The notes: generated by a model not told the origin, from the sequence alone. Positions 25,130-34,896 are shown, counted from the first letter of the stretch. The stretch: 34,896 nucleotides of DNA from an uncultured Alphaproteobacteria bacterium (GCA_937901165.1 CALCGS010000031.1:1-34896); one strand, 5' to 3'. Numbers and translations: made by a program.

Positions 25130-26170
25130 ATGAAAAAAAACAAAAACTTGGTCAACTTAAAAAAATATTCTTTTGCTATTTTGGTGGCTGCTGTGTTTTT
25201 TGCAACTTGTGCAAAAATCGAAAAAAACAATAAAATTATAGATAAAGATATAAACACAAAAAAAGAAATACATATAAAAGAACCTATAAAAAAAGCATCA
25301 ACAAGAAACAAATCAAAACAAAATAAAACATATACTGTTGATGCAAATGAAAATTCTCCAATGGATTTTTTACAAAAAAACGACAGTTTATATCAAAATG
25401 CTTATAATAAATATTCTGAACGAATTGGTAAAGATTTTCAATTATCCAACTTCTTTTCACAAAAAGAAATTGACGATTTAAAAAGTATGCTTGCAACAAA
25501 TTCATATAACAATTTAACTTTCTTGGATTCTTGTTCTTATGCCAGAATTATGGCCAACCAAGGTTCTTTGAATGATTTAGCGACTTTTTGGGAATATTTA
25601 GATTATGATTTTATTCAGCAAAACTTTAAAAATAAAATTTCTCCATATTATCAAAAAATAGATTTTTCCGATTCTATTGATATTGATAGTTTGGCGGATA
25701 TGATGTGGGGCGAAAGCGCATATTACGAAGCATTACAATACGATTCTAAAAACACACAAAATGCTTTCTTAAAAGAATTTGATTTAATTGAAAATGCTTG
25801 GGGTGCACGTTATGTCGAAAAACAAATCGACACTTTGAATAAACAACGTGATGAACATTTACAACAATTTAATAACGATTCTGTGCAACAAAAAATCATC
25901 ATCGACAACTATAAACAAAAACAAGATACTCTGGTTCAAAAATTTATTACCAACAATGGTGAATTAAACGCACCTAATTTTAGTATTCCAGAATTTCAAA
26001 ATATAAAAGCAGAATATGTAAAAAATAGTCAGGCAAATAACGATTTGCTTAAACAATATAATTATGAAGATTCTGTCATACATTCCAAAGATTCTATCAA
26101 CAAATGTTTGCCAACTGATTCCGTCAACAAATATTTACCAATAGATTCAATGGTTCAAAAACAAAGATAA
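25130..26170 (+). CDS. putative lipoprotein, Asn/Gln/Lys-rich, unknown function
   Basis: Signal peptide with a lipobox-like FFATC (MKKNKNLVNLKKYSFAILVAAVFFATCAK). It has C-terminal 9-aa tandem repeats. Confidence 0.7.
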   Translation: MKKNKNLVNLKKYSFAILVAAVFFATCAKIEKNNKIIDKDINTKKEIHIKEPIKKASTRNKSKQNKTYTVDANENSPMDFLQKNDSLYQNAYNKYSERIGKDFQLSNFFSQKEIDDLKSMLATNSYNNLTFLDSCSYARIMANQGSLNDLATFWEYLDYDFIQQNFKNKISPYYQKIDFSDSIDIDSLADMMWGESAYYEALQYDSKNTQNAFLKEFDLIENAWGARYVEKQIDTLNKQRDEHLQQFNNDSVQQKIIIDNYKQKQDTLVQKFITNNGELNAPNFSIPEFQNIKAEYVKNSQANNDLLKQYNYEDSVIHSKDSINKCLPTDSVNKYLPIDSMVQKQR

Positions 26171-26173
26171 AAA

Positions 26174-26197
26174 AGTGCCGTAATCGGCACTTTTTTT
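26174..26197. terminator. bidirectional rho-independent terminator between the lipoprotein gene and the MerR gene
   Basis: AGTGCCG-TAAT-CGGCACT, flanked by AAAAA on one side and TTTTTTT on the other. Confidence 0.7.
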
Positions 26198-26570
26198 AAT
26201 TCTTTAACAAACCTTTGATTTCATATAATACAGATAATGCGTCATCTATTTCTTGCAAAGAATTTTTTTGTAATGGTGCATCTGGCATATTATTTGTTCC
26301 AGTTTTATATTGTGCAAAATCACCGTTGCGTAATATCTTTTTCACACCAGCAATCGTCATTCCTTGATTATAAAGCAAATCTTTGATGGCGATTAAATTT
26401 TCAACCGTTTCTTGACGATAATAACGTCGCCCACCCGCACCAGTTGTTGGTTTTATTGCAGTTGGAAATTGCTTTTCCCAATAACGCAAGGTGTATGCAG
26501 GAACATCCAGACGTTTTGATACATCATTGATTGATATAAAATATTCTGTTTTATTTTCCATTGTATACAC
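26196..26570 (-). CDS. MerR family transcriptional regulator
   Basis: N-terminal HTH ISINDVSKRLDVPAYTLRYWEKQF and GGRRYY motif. The start may be Met4 (MENKTEY). Confidence 0.85.
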   Translation of the reverse strand: MYTMENKTEYFISINDVSKRLDVPAYTLRYWEKQFPTAIKPTTGAGGRRYYRQETVENLIAIKDLLYNQGMTIAGVKKILRNGDFAQYKTGTNNMPDAPLQKNSLQEIDDALSVLYEIKGLLKN

Positions 26571-26582
26571 CCTGTTTATTCA

Positions 26583-29321
26583 TTATTCAGCAATTTCTGT
26601 ATTTTCCGTTTCAAGGCTTTCCGCATTTTCTGAATCATCTGAAACAATAGATATTGCAGATACAACCTTTTCATTTTCAGCCGTACGGAACAATGTAACC
26701 CCGGCAGTGCTACGTCCCGCAATTCTTACATCGTTTACAGGCGTACGAATTATTTTTCCACCGTCCGTCACCATTATTATGTCGTGATTTTCAGATACAG
26801 GGAACGAACCAGCAACCGCTGTGTTTTTACCACCAAGTTTTATATTTGTAAATCCATTTCCACCACGATGTGTTGTGCGGTATTCATAAGAACTCGTTCT
26901 TTTGCCAAAACCATTTTCAGATATTGTTAAAATAAATTCTTCGTTTGCCGCCATTTTTTCCATTTGCACAGAATCCAAAACTAAATCTGTCGTTTCTTCT
27001 TCGGCACCCGCTTCTTCTTCGATTCCAGTTGCAGCACGACGCAAAGCACGCGATTGTTTTATGTATGCAGCACGAACAGCACCATCTGTTTCACCATGAT
27101 TTAACATCGCCATACCAATTATTTTATCATCCTTGGCCAATGTTAAACCACGAACACCAGTAGAATTACGTCCCGCAAAAACACGAATTTCTGGAACAGG
27201 GAAACGGATGCAACGACCACGATATGTTGTTAAAAATACATCCTGGTCTTCATTACATGGCAATACAGAAATCAATGTGTCGCCTTCATCCAATTTCATC
27301 GCAATTTTACCGTTTGCACGTATAGAATCAAAATCAGACATACGATTACGACGAACCTCTCCAGATGCAGTTGCAAACATCAAGAAATGTTCCTTGCCAG
27401 ATTCTTGAACACGTTTTACATCTTCATCAGATACCGGCAATATCGCAGTAATTGTTTCGTCTTTTTCAAGTGGTAATAAATTCACCAATGGACGGCCCTT
27501 GGACGATGCAGTTGCTTCTGGTAATTTATATGTTTTGATTTTATAGCATAAACCCTTGGAACTGAAAAACAGTAATGGCGTATGCGTATTTGCAACAAAC
27601 ACCTGAACCACATAATCATCATCCTTGGTCGTCATTGCATTTCTGCCCTTGCCACCACGTTTTTGTGCGCGATATGTATCCAGTGCAACACGTTTAATAT
27701 AACCTGTATTAGATACAGTCACAACCATATCTTCACGTGCGATTAAATCTTCAATATCAATATCAATTTCTGCATCAGATATTTCTGTACGACGCTTTGA
27801 TGACCAGTTATCACGAACAGCCGCAGTTTCTTCACGTATGATTTGAATGATACGTTCATGACTGCCCAAGATGTCAAGCAAATCTTTGATTTGCGCACCC
27901 AAATCTGTCAAATCAGCATGCAATTTTTCACGTTCCAATCCAGTCAAACGATGTAATTGCAATTCCAAGATTGCACGTGCTTGATCTTCGGACATATAAA
28001 ACATCCCATCCTTGTATTCTGTATTTGGATCAGCAATCAATTCTATGTATGATTGTATATCAGATGCCGCCCAACCACGTGATATCAAAGCCGTTCTTGC
28101 TTCATCTGGATTCGAACTGGATTTAATCAATTCAATCACTTCATCCAAATTACCAACCGCAACAGACAACCCCAACAAAGTATGCGCACGATTACGCGCC
28201 TTGTTCAAATCAAATATTGTTCTGCGTCTAATTACTTCTTCACGAAATTCTATGAATGCGTCCAAGACACCACGAATATTAAATAACATTGGACGACCAC
28301 GATTTAACGCCATCATATTCACAGGGAAATTCGTTTGCATTTCTGTATATTGAAACAAATGATTTAACACAACATCAAATATCGCATCACGTTTTAATTC
28401 AATAACAATACGCAACCCCTCCTTGGAAGATTCATCACGAATTTCCGAAATACCCTCAATCCGTTTTTCTTTGGTAAGTTCGGCAATTTTTACAATCATT
28501 TGTGCCTTGTTCACCTGGTAAGGAATTTCATCAACAACGATTGCCTGATGATCGTGTAAAGTTTCCATGTGGGTTTTTGCACGAACAATAATAGAACCAC
28601 GACCGGTTGTATGTGCCTTGTACGCCCCGGCACGCCCCATTATTATAGCCCCAGTTGGAAAATCAGGTCCAGGAATTATATTGAATAATTCATCATCAGA
28701 GATTTCACGATTATCTAAAATTGCAAGAATACCGTTGCAAACTTCACCCAAATTATATGTCGGAACATTTGTCGCCATACCAACAGCAATTCCAGAACCA
28801 CCATTTACCAAGAAATTAGGGAATTTTGTTGGCAAAACAATTGGTTCTTGTAATGTACCATCAAAGTTCGGCTGCCAATCAACAGTATCTTTTTCCATAT
28901 CTTCCATCAAAGATGCACCAAGTTTGGATAGACGTGCCTCTGTATAACGCATAGCAGCAGGTTTATCACCATCACGCGAACCAAAGTTACCCTGACCTTG
29001 GACCAAGGTTTCGCCCATTGAAAAATCCTGGGCCATACGGGCCATAGCCTCGTATATAGAGCTATCACCATGTGGATGGTATTTACCCATAACATCACCA
29101 ACAATACGTGCAGATTTTACAGTCGATTTTGTTGCAGGTGCAACATCGTTCATAACATATAAAATTCGACGATGCACCGGTTTACATCCATCCCTGACGT
29201 CAGGCAATGCACGATCAACAATTACAGACATTGCATAATCTAAAAAACTGGTCCGCATTTCATGTTCCAAAGAAGATTGCGGAACCTTGATTTCATTTAT
29301 TTCATTTGTATTTTCTGACAT
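26583..29321 (-). CDS. gyrA: DNA gyrase subunit A
   Basis: [12 protein letters not shown], the active-site region [10 protein letters not shown], and a C-terminal beta-pinwheel repeat region. Length is 912 aa. Confidence 0.95.
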   Translation of the reverse strand: MSENTNEINEIKVPQSSLEHEMRTSFLDYAMSVIVDRALPDVRDGCKPVHRRILYVMNDVAPATKSTVKSARIVGDVMGKYHPHGDSSIYEAMARMAQDFSMGETLVQGQGNFGSRDGDKPAAMRYTEARLSKLGASLMEDMEKDTVDWQPNFDGTLQEPIVLPTKFPNFLVNGGSGIAVGMATNVPTYNLGEVCNGILAILDNREISDDELFNIIPGPDFPTGAIIMGRAGAYKAHTTGRGSIIVRAKTHMETLHDHQAIVVDEIPYQVNKAQMIVKIAELTKEKRIEGISEIRDESSKEGLRIVIELKRDAIFDVVLNHLFQYTEMQTNFPVNMMALNRGRPMLFNIRGVLDAFIEFREEVIRRRTIFDLNKARNRAHTLLGLSVAVGNLDEVIELIKSSSNPDEARTALISRGWAASDIQSYIELIADPNTEYKDGMFYMSEDQARAILELQLHRLTGLEREKLHADLTDLGAQIKDLLDILGSHERIIQIIREETAAVRDNWSSKRRTEISDAEIDIDIEDLIAREDMVVTVSNTGYIKRVALDTYRAQKRGGKGRNAMTTKDDDYVVQVFVANTHTPLLFFSSKGLCYKIKTYKLPEATASSKGRPLVNLLPLEKDETITAILPVSDEDVKRVQESGKEHFLMFATASGEVRRNRMSDFDSIRANGKIAMKLDEGDTLISVLPCNEDQDVFLTTYRGRCIRFPVPEIRVFAGRNSTGVRGLTLAKDDKIIGMAMLNHGETDGAVRAAYIKQSRALRRAATGIEEEAGAEEETTDLVLDSVQMEKMAANEEFILTISENGFGKRTSSYEYRTTHRGGNGFTNIKLGGKNTAVAGSFPVSENHDIIMVTDGGKIIRTPVNDVRIAGRSTAGVTLFRTAENEKVVSAISIVSDDSENAESLETENTEIAE

Positions 29322-29489
29322 ACTTATTTTCCCCTATTTATGACAAGTTTAGAATAGCAAATTTTTTATCAACAGGTCAATATTTTTCTATTGTTTCATC
29401 GATTTTTTTGCCGACAAAATATATCATTATTTTAGATTTGACAAAATAATTCTTTGTGGTACGATTTATAATATGAATGAGGATAGAAT

Positions 29490-29669
29490 ATGCATAACTT
29501 AAAAAAAGTTTTAGCCGACTGTATTATTTTTTATACCGAATTTATAAAAAATCATCCAGAACAAAAACTTCATGTTTTGGCAGCAAAAATATCCATTCGC
29601 AACACGAAAAATATTATTAAAATTTGTGATAAAATACAGAATTTAAAAGACAAACAAAGGAACCGATAA
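29490..29669 (+). CDS. small hypothetical protein (59 aa, basic)
   Basis: ATG with a TGAGGA RBS 6 nt upstream. A TTGACA-16 nt-TACGAT candidate promoter lies at 29438-29465. It falls below the 60-aa cut-off of the ORF track. Confidence 0.3.
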   Translation: MHNLKKVLADCIIFYTEFIKNHPEQKLHVLAAKISIRNTKNIIKICDKIQNLKDKQRNR

Positions 29670-29670
29670 A

Positions 29671-29772
29671 ATGTTTTTACCTGTTTATAAGTTATTTGTA
29701 GCATTGTTTACATACCTTTTGATTTTAGAGGCATTAAAAAAATTAGGGCTTGTTCAATCAAAATCTAAATAA
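29671..29772 (+). CDS. very small hydrophobic peptide (33 aa)
   Basis: The ATG lies 1 nt after the preceding stop, with an AAGGA 8 nt upstream. Translation is MFLPVYKLFVALFTYLLILEALKKLGLVQSKSK (one TM-like helix plus a basic tail). Confidence 0.25.
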   Translation: MFLPVYKLFVALFTYLLILEALKKLGLVQSKSK

Positions 29773-29828
29773 AGTTGTTGCGTTTTTATAAAACGTGTGG
29801 TTAAATAGTTAGGCAAAAGGATTTAATT

Positions 29829-29981
29829 ATGGCAACAAAACGTACTTATCAACCATCTAAGACCCGTCGTGTTAAGACACACGGTTTTCGTGAAAAGATG
29901 GCAACAAAAAGTGGACGCGATGTTTTGAATCGTCGTCGTGCATGCGGCCGCAAACGTTTGGCTGTATCTGCAATCAATTAA
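29829..29981 (+). CDS. rpmH: 50S ribosomal protein L34
   Basis: [50 protein letters not shown] matches the L34 signature (KRTYQPS...HGFR). It is too short for the ORF track. Confidence 0.9.
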   Translation: MATKRTYQPSKTRRVKTHGFREKMATKSGRDVLNRRRACGRKRLAVSAIN

Positions 29982-29984
29982 AAA

Positions 29985-30004
29985 AACGCCTTTCGGCGTT
30001 TTTT
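29985..30004. terminator. bidirectional rho-independent terminator between rpmH and the convergent PTA/PTB-like gene
   Basis: AACGCC-TTTC-GGCGTT, flanked by an A-run and a T-run. Confidence 0.7.
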
Positions 30005-30019
30005 ATTTTTTTATATTTT

Positions 30020-30775
30020 TTATTTTTCCGTTGCAATTTGAATACTATACAACATAGATTCCGCACTATCGCCACGCGAATTTAACACAACAGGTATTGG
30101 TCCCCCAGTTAATATTCCAGCACATACCCAACCATTCGAAAGCGATGTCAAACATTTCCAAATACAATTTCCCATATTTATTTCAGGACAAACCACAACA
30201 TTTGCAACATCACCAGAAAGTCCTTTGAATTTACGAATATCCAAATTTAATGCTGTATCCAATTGTTCCAATCGTAAATCTATATTATCCGATACGAATT
30301 CGTCCTTATTATCACACCACCAAGAATATAATTCTGGATTTGCCTTGGCATTGGTATCCCCACCCGCACACAATAATGAAACATTACAAATTTTTTTTGA
30401 TGGATTCATTTGAAAATATAATTTTGCCGCATTACGAATAATACCCTTTCTTTGCGTATCATCTGGCTGTGTAATACACGCAGCATCTGTTAAAATAAAT
30501 TGTTTATCACCGTTTCTAAACACACCACAATGTGTCAATAATGGCTTTGACAACCCATCACGCAAACATATAGATTTTGAAATCGAAATAACAGTACGTA
30601 AAAAATCTTCACTATGAATATAACCCTTCATTAAAATATAATTGTCATCAAAATTTATATTTTTATTTTCATCGTAAATTTCATAACCAGAAATCAAACC
30701 AGATTCTGTTGCCACGTCCAATGCTTTATGACACGCATCAGACAATTCACCAATTAGTAATATTTTTTTTAGCAT
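30020..30775 (-). CDS. phosphate acetyl/butyryl-transferase (PTA_PTB) family-like protein
   Basis: 251 aa. The region VVVCPEINMGNCIWKCL resembles the PDIEAGN..K motif of the PTA/PTB family, and there is a GGP...NSRGDS C-terminal region. The assignment is from pattern only. Confidence 0.45.
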   Translation of the reverse strand: MLKKILLIGELSDACHKALDVATESGLISGYEIYDENKNINFDDNYILMKGYIHSEDFLRTVISISKSICLRDGLSKPLLTHCGVFRNGDKQFILTDAACITQPDDTQRKGIIRNAAKLYFQMNPSKKICNVSLLCAGGDTNAKANPELYSWWCDNKDEFVSDNIDLRLEQLDTALNLDIRKFKGLSGDVANVVVCPEINMGNCIWKCLTSLSNGWVCAGILTGGPIPVVLNSRGDSAESMLYSIQIATEK

Positions 30776-30793
30776 TTTTTCACCGTATAATTT

Positions 30794-31516
30794 TTAATCC
30801 CAAAAACAAACTATGTGCGCCTTGGTTTCACCATTTACACATATACGATGCATTGTTTTATGTGCATCCAATGCGACATCTATTTGAACCTCTGTCGTGT
30901 CGGCAGAAATTTCATGTTCGAAATATATTTCAATACCACGCAATTTATGCGTATTACGATATTCAAATCCAACACTTTCAGTTGCCCAAGTCACATAAAC
31001 AGCATTATTTATATGTTGATTTGCATCAATATCATCATAACGGCATTTGAATATATGTTGTTTTTCAGCCTTAAAATCTGTACATTTTGTAAACTCACGA
31101 TTCCATGCACGTTCTGGCAAATAATCCCAATTTTGTAAATTTTCCTTTAATCGTAACGGCCTGCGTGTTTGTAAATCCAACAAAACCCATTGACTGGTTG
31201 CACGAACCATTAAACGATTGTTAGAACCATGTATCGTAAAATCACGCATTGCACGAATTCCCTCTGACCCAGAGGACCAAGTTGAAAAAGTCAATTCTTC
31301 ATTTGCACGTGGCATTTCTAAAATATCAATATAATAATGTGTGACAACCCATGCAATACCACGCGATTTACAATATGTTCGACCACCACCCATTTCTTCG
31401 GCACTGCGGTCTGCAATACCTTGTAATTCATTCATCAACATAACCGGTCGAATATTATCATACCGGTCATATTGATATGTCTTTAAAACACGTTTTTCGA
31501 CTAATTTTTGTGCCAT
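30794..31516 (-). CDS. acyl-ACP thioesterase family protein
   Basis: 240 aa with a two-hot-dog-like layout (MLMNELQGIADRSAEEMG..., later DANQHINNAVYVTWATE), as in PF01643-type thioesterases. Confidence 0.6.
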   Translation of the reverse strand: MAQKLVEKRVLKTYQYDRYDNIRPVMLMNELQGIADRSAEEMGGGRTYCKSRGIAWVVTHYYIDILEMPRANEELTFSTWSSGSEGIRAMRDFTIHGSNNRLMVRATSQWVLLDLQTRRPLRLKENLQNWDYLPERAWNREFTKCTDFKAEKQHIFKCRYDDIDANQHINNAVYVTWATESVGFEYRNTHKLRGIEIYFEHEISADTTEVQIDVALDAHKTMHRICVNGETKAHIVCFWD

Positions 31517-33918
31517 TATTTGTTTTCCCCCACCACAAGTGTAAAATCTATATCTTTACCAGATATTATATTATTAGCACGTGCAGCGGATTTTATCAAG
31601 CCATGAAATGACACATCTATATCAGCAGGCAAAGTCAATGTTTCTAACTTTGCACCATTACCAACCTTGCGTTCTGTACGCAATCCACGAATTTGTTTCA
31701 AAACATCCAAAACCCTTGTCATTCCAGAAACATCAGTATCGCATTCCGGTTTAACATCAGGATATTGCGTCAAATGCAATGTTTCACCACCTTCTGTGTC
31801 TTTATAAATTTTTTGCCACAACAATTCAGTAATAAATGGTATAAACGGTGCATACAAACCAATTACATTACGCAAAACTTCGTACAATGTCCATTGGGCA
31901 GACAATTTAGATTCTGCACCATATTTTTCAGGCGACCAAAATCTATCTTTGATAAATTCAACATATTGATCACATAAAACATCCCAGAAAAATGTATCAA
32001 TCGCACTGCGTGAATTAAAGTTATCATATTTATCCATATTCTTTCTTGTTTCTGCGATAGCCTTGTTTAATTCAGACAAAACCCATCTGTCTTCTATTGG
32101 TCTATCCTTGACAGGAACTTTTTTAGATGTATTCACATCAAAATCAGACAAATTCATCAAAACATATTTTGATACATTCCATAACTTGGTTAACAATTTA
32201 CTGCCACGTTTTATTTCATCTTCACTGTATCTTAAATCTGTTCCAATTGGTGCAGTTGCAATCCAATAACGCAATGCATCAACACCAAATTTATCAATAG
32301 CGTCCATTGGGTCTGTACCATTACCCTTGGTCTTGGACATTTTTTGTCCCTTGGAATCACGAACAAGTCCATGGAAATTCACAGTTTTGAATGGAACATC
32401 GCCCATTACATAAATACCCATCATTACCATACGCGCAACCCAAAAGAATATAATGTCAGCCGCAGTGTATAACAAATCAGTTGAATAATATTTTTTTAAT
32501 TCTGGTGTTTCATCAGGCCAACCAAGTGTAGAAAATGGCCACAACGATGATGAAAACCATGTATCCAGTACATCGTTATCACGCGTCAAAGTTTTACCAC
32601 CAGATTGTTTTATTGCATCCGATTCTGTTTCAGCAACGTAAATATTTCCATCGATATCATACCATGCAGGTATTCTGTGTCCCCACCATAATTGACGAGA
32701 TATTGTCCAAGGACGAATTTCACGCATCCATGCCATAAATAAATTATATCTGTGTTCTGGCATAAATTTAATTTTACCTTCTTCGACAGCCTTGATTGCA
32801 GGTTCAGCCAACTTTTTCGCATCAACAAACCATTGATATGTTAAATATGGTTCAACAGGAACCTGGGCACGTTGTGAATATGGTGTTGGAATTATTTTAT
32901 CTTCAACCTTGGTCAATAATCCCGCAGCCTCTATATCTTCTATTATTGCCTTACGTGCAACATATCTATCCATACCACGATATTTTTCCGGTATGGTTTC
33001 TGCATTATTTAATTTTGCATCTGTTGTCAATATGCACAAAGGTTCAAGATTATGACGAAGCCCAACCTCGTAATCGTCAAAATCGTGTGCAGGTGTTATT
33101 TTTACCGCACCAGTTCCTTTTTCAGGGTCGGCATGAACATCACCAATAATTGGAATTTCTATATTTGTTAATGGTATTATAGCCTTTTTACCAATTAAAT
33201 GTTTTAATTTTTCATTTTCTGGATGAATTGCAATTGCTTTATCACCAAATAAAGTTTCAGGTCGCGTGGTTGCAATTTCAACATAACCACCCCCAACCAA
33301 TGGGTAATTAAAGTAATAAAACTTTCCATGTTCTTCACGGGTTTCAACCTCTAAATCAGAAACGGATGTTTGTTGTTTTGGGCACCAATTTACCAAACGT
33401 CTTTCACGATAAATTAAACCCTCGTTATACATTTTTACAAATAACTTTGTAACCGCCTTGGACAAACCATCATCCATTGTAAATCTTTCACGCGCCCAAA
33501 CAGGTGTAACACCCAAAGTGTGTAATTGTTCTATGATTTGACCACCCTTGTCATTTTTCCACTTCCAAGCAACATCCAACAATTCTTCTTTGGATAAACT
33601 ATGTGGATTTATTCCACGTTTGGACAAATCACGTTCAACCAATAACTGTGTCGCAATTGACGCATGGTCTGTACCAGGTTGCCACAAAACATCATAACCA
33701 CACATACGTTTATAACGACACACAATATCAGTTAAAACATTATCCAACGCATGTCCCATATGCAAACGCCCCGTCACATTTGGTGGTGGCATCATCATAC
33801 AAAAAGACTTTTTATCAGAACGAACATCATTTTCCCAAAATTTATTATTATCCCAAAAAGCCTGGGTTGCAGTTTCTGTTTCACGCGTATCTAAATTTTT
33901 ACCCAATTCTATATTCAT
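31516..33918 (-). CDS. valS: valine--tRNA ligase (short form, 800 aa)
   Basis: HIGH-type motif PPPNVTGRLHMGHA, a KMSKS-type motif KMSKTKGN, and the editing-domain region TTRPETLFGDKAIAIHP. Confidence 0.9.
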   Translation of the reverse strand: MNIELGKNLDTRETETATQAFWDNNKFWENDVRSDKKSFCMMMPPPNVTGRLHMGHALDNVLTDIVCRYKRMCGYDVLWQPGTDHASIATQLLVERDLSKRGINPHSLSKEELLDVAWKWKNDKGGQIIEQLHTLGVTPVWARERFTMDDGLSKAVTKLFVKMYNEGLIYRERRLVNWCPKQQTSVSDLEVETREEHGKFYYFNYPLVGGGYVEIATTRPETLFGDKAIAIHPENEKLKHLIGKKAIIPLTNIEIPIIGDVHADPEKGTGAVKITPAHDFDDYEVGLRHNLEPLCILTTDAKLNNAETIPEKYRGMDRYVARKAIIEDIEAAGLLTKVEDKIIPTPYSQRAQVPVEPYLTYQWFVDAKKLAEPAIKAVEEGKIKFMPEHRYNLFMAWMREIRPWTISRQLWWGHRIPAWYDIDGNIYVAETESDAIKQSGGKTLTRDNDVLDTWFSSSLWPFSTLGWPDETPELKKYYSTDLLYTAADIIFFWVARMVMMGIYVMGDVPFKTVNFHGLVRDSKGQKMSKTKGNGTDPMDAIDKFGVDALRYWIATAPIGTDLRYSEDEIKRGSKLLTKLWNVSKYVLMNLSDFDVNTSKKVPVKDRPIEDRWVLSELNKAIAETRKNMDKYDNFNSRSAIDTFFWDVLCDQYVEFIKDRFWSPEKYGAESKLSAQWTLYEVLRNVIGLYAPFIPFITELLWQKIYKDTEGGETLHLTQYPDVKPECDTDVSGMTRVLDVLKQIRGLRTERKVGNGAKLETLTLPADIDVSFHGLIKSAARANNIISGKDIDFTLVVGENK

Positions 33919-34000
33919 TGTGCACCTCGTCCAAAGTTATGTGATTTGTATTTTTATAAGTTTACAACAAATAAACTTAAAATCAAGTATAGTTAAATCT

Positions 34001-34735
34001 TTATCTCGCCCGGACAACCCTACAAAAAGTCACACCACAAACAGACCGAACACCTGATTTTAAAAGCACTTTACGCAATTCTTTAAATGTCGCACCAGAT
34101 GTCATAACATCATCAACCAATAAAATATTTTTATCACGCAATCTTTCAGGATGAACAACTGTGAAAACACCGCTAATATTTTTAGCACGCTGGACCGAAT
34201 TTTTATGTCCCATATCCGGACGATATTTCCTGTGCAACGAACCCAAATCTAGTTTTATTCCCAACGCCTTGGAAATAGGACGAGCCAACAAAACCGATTG
34301 ATTATAACCACGATGAAACAATCTGCGCCACGCCAAAGGAACAGGAATAATCAAATCTATATCAGATAAATCAACATCACGAAGTGCCCACAACATAGCA
34401 TTTGACATAAATTTATAATATTCTGTTTTTCCACAATGCTTAAATGGCAACATCACATTTTTAGACGCTTCATCATAAACACACGCAGAACGAATCCAAT
34501 CTAATTCGCATTGTCCAGACGCACAAACAGGACACATCATAGATTCTAATCTTTCGTACCCAAATAACAATGGATAACCACATTTACAACACTTTTCGCC
34601 ATCAATCCAATTAAAAGATGCCCAGCAAGTTTCACACAACAAACCGTTTTCAGAAACTTTTTCACCACACATTACACAACATGGCGGAAATAAAAAATCA
34701 ATACAATGATTTAAAATTTTACCAAAACTTACCAT
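34001..34735 (-). CDS. comF: ComF family protein (zinc-ribbon plus phosphoribosyltransferase domain)
   Basis: N-terminal Cys pairs (CCVMCG, CETC, CCKCG, CPVC) and the C-terminal PRTase motif ILLVDDVMTSGATF. Confidence 0.85.
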   Translation of the reverse strand: MVSFGKILNHCIDFLFPPCCVMCGEKVSENGLLCETCWASFNWIDGEKCCKCGYPLLFGYERLESMMCPVCASGQCELDWIRSACVYDEASKNVMLPFKHCGKTEYYKFMSNAMLWALRDVDLSDIDLIIPVPLAWRRLFHRGYNQSVLLARPISKALGIKLDLGSLHRKYRPDMGHKNSVQRAKNISGVFTVVHPERLRDKNILLVDDVMTSGATFKELRKVLLKSGVRSVCGVTFCRVVRAR

Positions 34736-34896
34736 GACATACTTTTATATGTCTTTTTCTTGACAACATCACCAAATATATTTTTCTGTTGTTCTGTAAG
34801 TGTTTCAAATTGTTCATTCGATATTATACGCAACAATAAACCATCAGAATTACGTTCAGACAAAACAGGCATTATACGACTTTCAGAAATCCCATT
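34729..34896 (-). CDS. partial CDS (C-terminus only, begins beyond window end), unknown function
   Basis: The frame is open from the window edge. Translation is ...NGISESRIMPVLSERNSDGLLLRIISNEQFETLTEQQKNIFGDVVKKKTYKSMSW*. The stop at 34731..34729 overlaps the comF ATG by 7 nt, suggesting operon coupling. Confidence 0.4.
   Translation of the reverse strand, partial: NGISESRIMPVLSERNSDGLLLRIISNEQFETLTEQQKNIFGDVVKKKTYKSMSW

Noticed and set aside
583-29104. Numerous 60-180-aa track ORFs lying inside and antisense or out of frame to the large genes (for example 583..957, 2459..2806, 13252..13737, 13766..14320, 15280..15747, 17838..18269, 26491..26787, 28012..28353, 28567..28947)
   Set aside because: These are shadow ORFs within well-supported long coding regions. 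Their translations are low-complexity and no start signals were noted.

Overview
This is a visibly AT-rich bacterial chromosomal window. About 29 of its 35 kb is tightly packed housekeeping DNA, mostly on the minus strand. In order it holds a KefB/C-like antiporter, rsmA, recR, a DD-carboxypeptidase with a SPOR domain, pyk, gapR (DUF2312), an RNHCP protein, comEC, truA, fmt, def, rmuC and a HAD hydrolase. These are followed by a marR-tolC-adaptor-RND efflux operon. Further right lie a MerR regulator, gyrA, rpmH, a PTA/PTB-like gene, an acyl-ACP thioesterase, valS and comF. The DUF2312/GapR gene and the short ValRS suggest an alphaproteobacterium-like Gram-negative, but that is inference only. 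All functional calls come from motifs read in the supplied translations; no database search was possible. The unusual part is 18.5-26.2 kb. Two tRNA genes, tRNA-Glu(CUC) on the minus strand and tRNA-Gln(UUG) on the plus strand, bracket a small kinase-like gene. Directly 3' of tRNA-Gln lies a mosaic of about 5 kb (19.5-24.5 kb) made of single-gene cassettes: an orphan 111-aa ORF, a small GIY-YIG nuclease, three orphan minus-strand ORFs and an HD hydrolase. Three repeat families delimit these cassettes. The first is at least six degenerate copies, in both orientations, of a motif resembling the 3' end of tRNA-Gln; three of these copies carry their own hairpin plus T-run. The second is four copies of a 50-bp element with perfect 10-bp inverted arms (GTTCGAAAGT / ACTTTCGAAC) and an invariant 30-bp spacer. 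The third is a roughly 105-bp direct repeat that follows the intact GIY-YIG gene and also a decayed GIY-YIG 3' remnant. One pair of tRNA-end-like motifs forms a perfect 22-bp inverted repeat around a single gene. A strikingly GC-rich leader of about 125 nt precedes the GIY-YIG gene. No integrase, transposase or invertase is visible anywhere in the window. The best candidate for something undescribed is therefore a tRNA-anchored cassette, inversion or integration system whose recombinase acts in trans. The alternative is that the small GIY-YIG module is itself the mobile agent.
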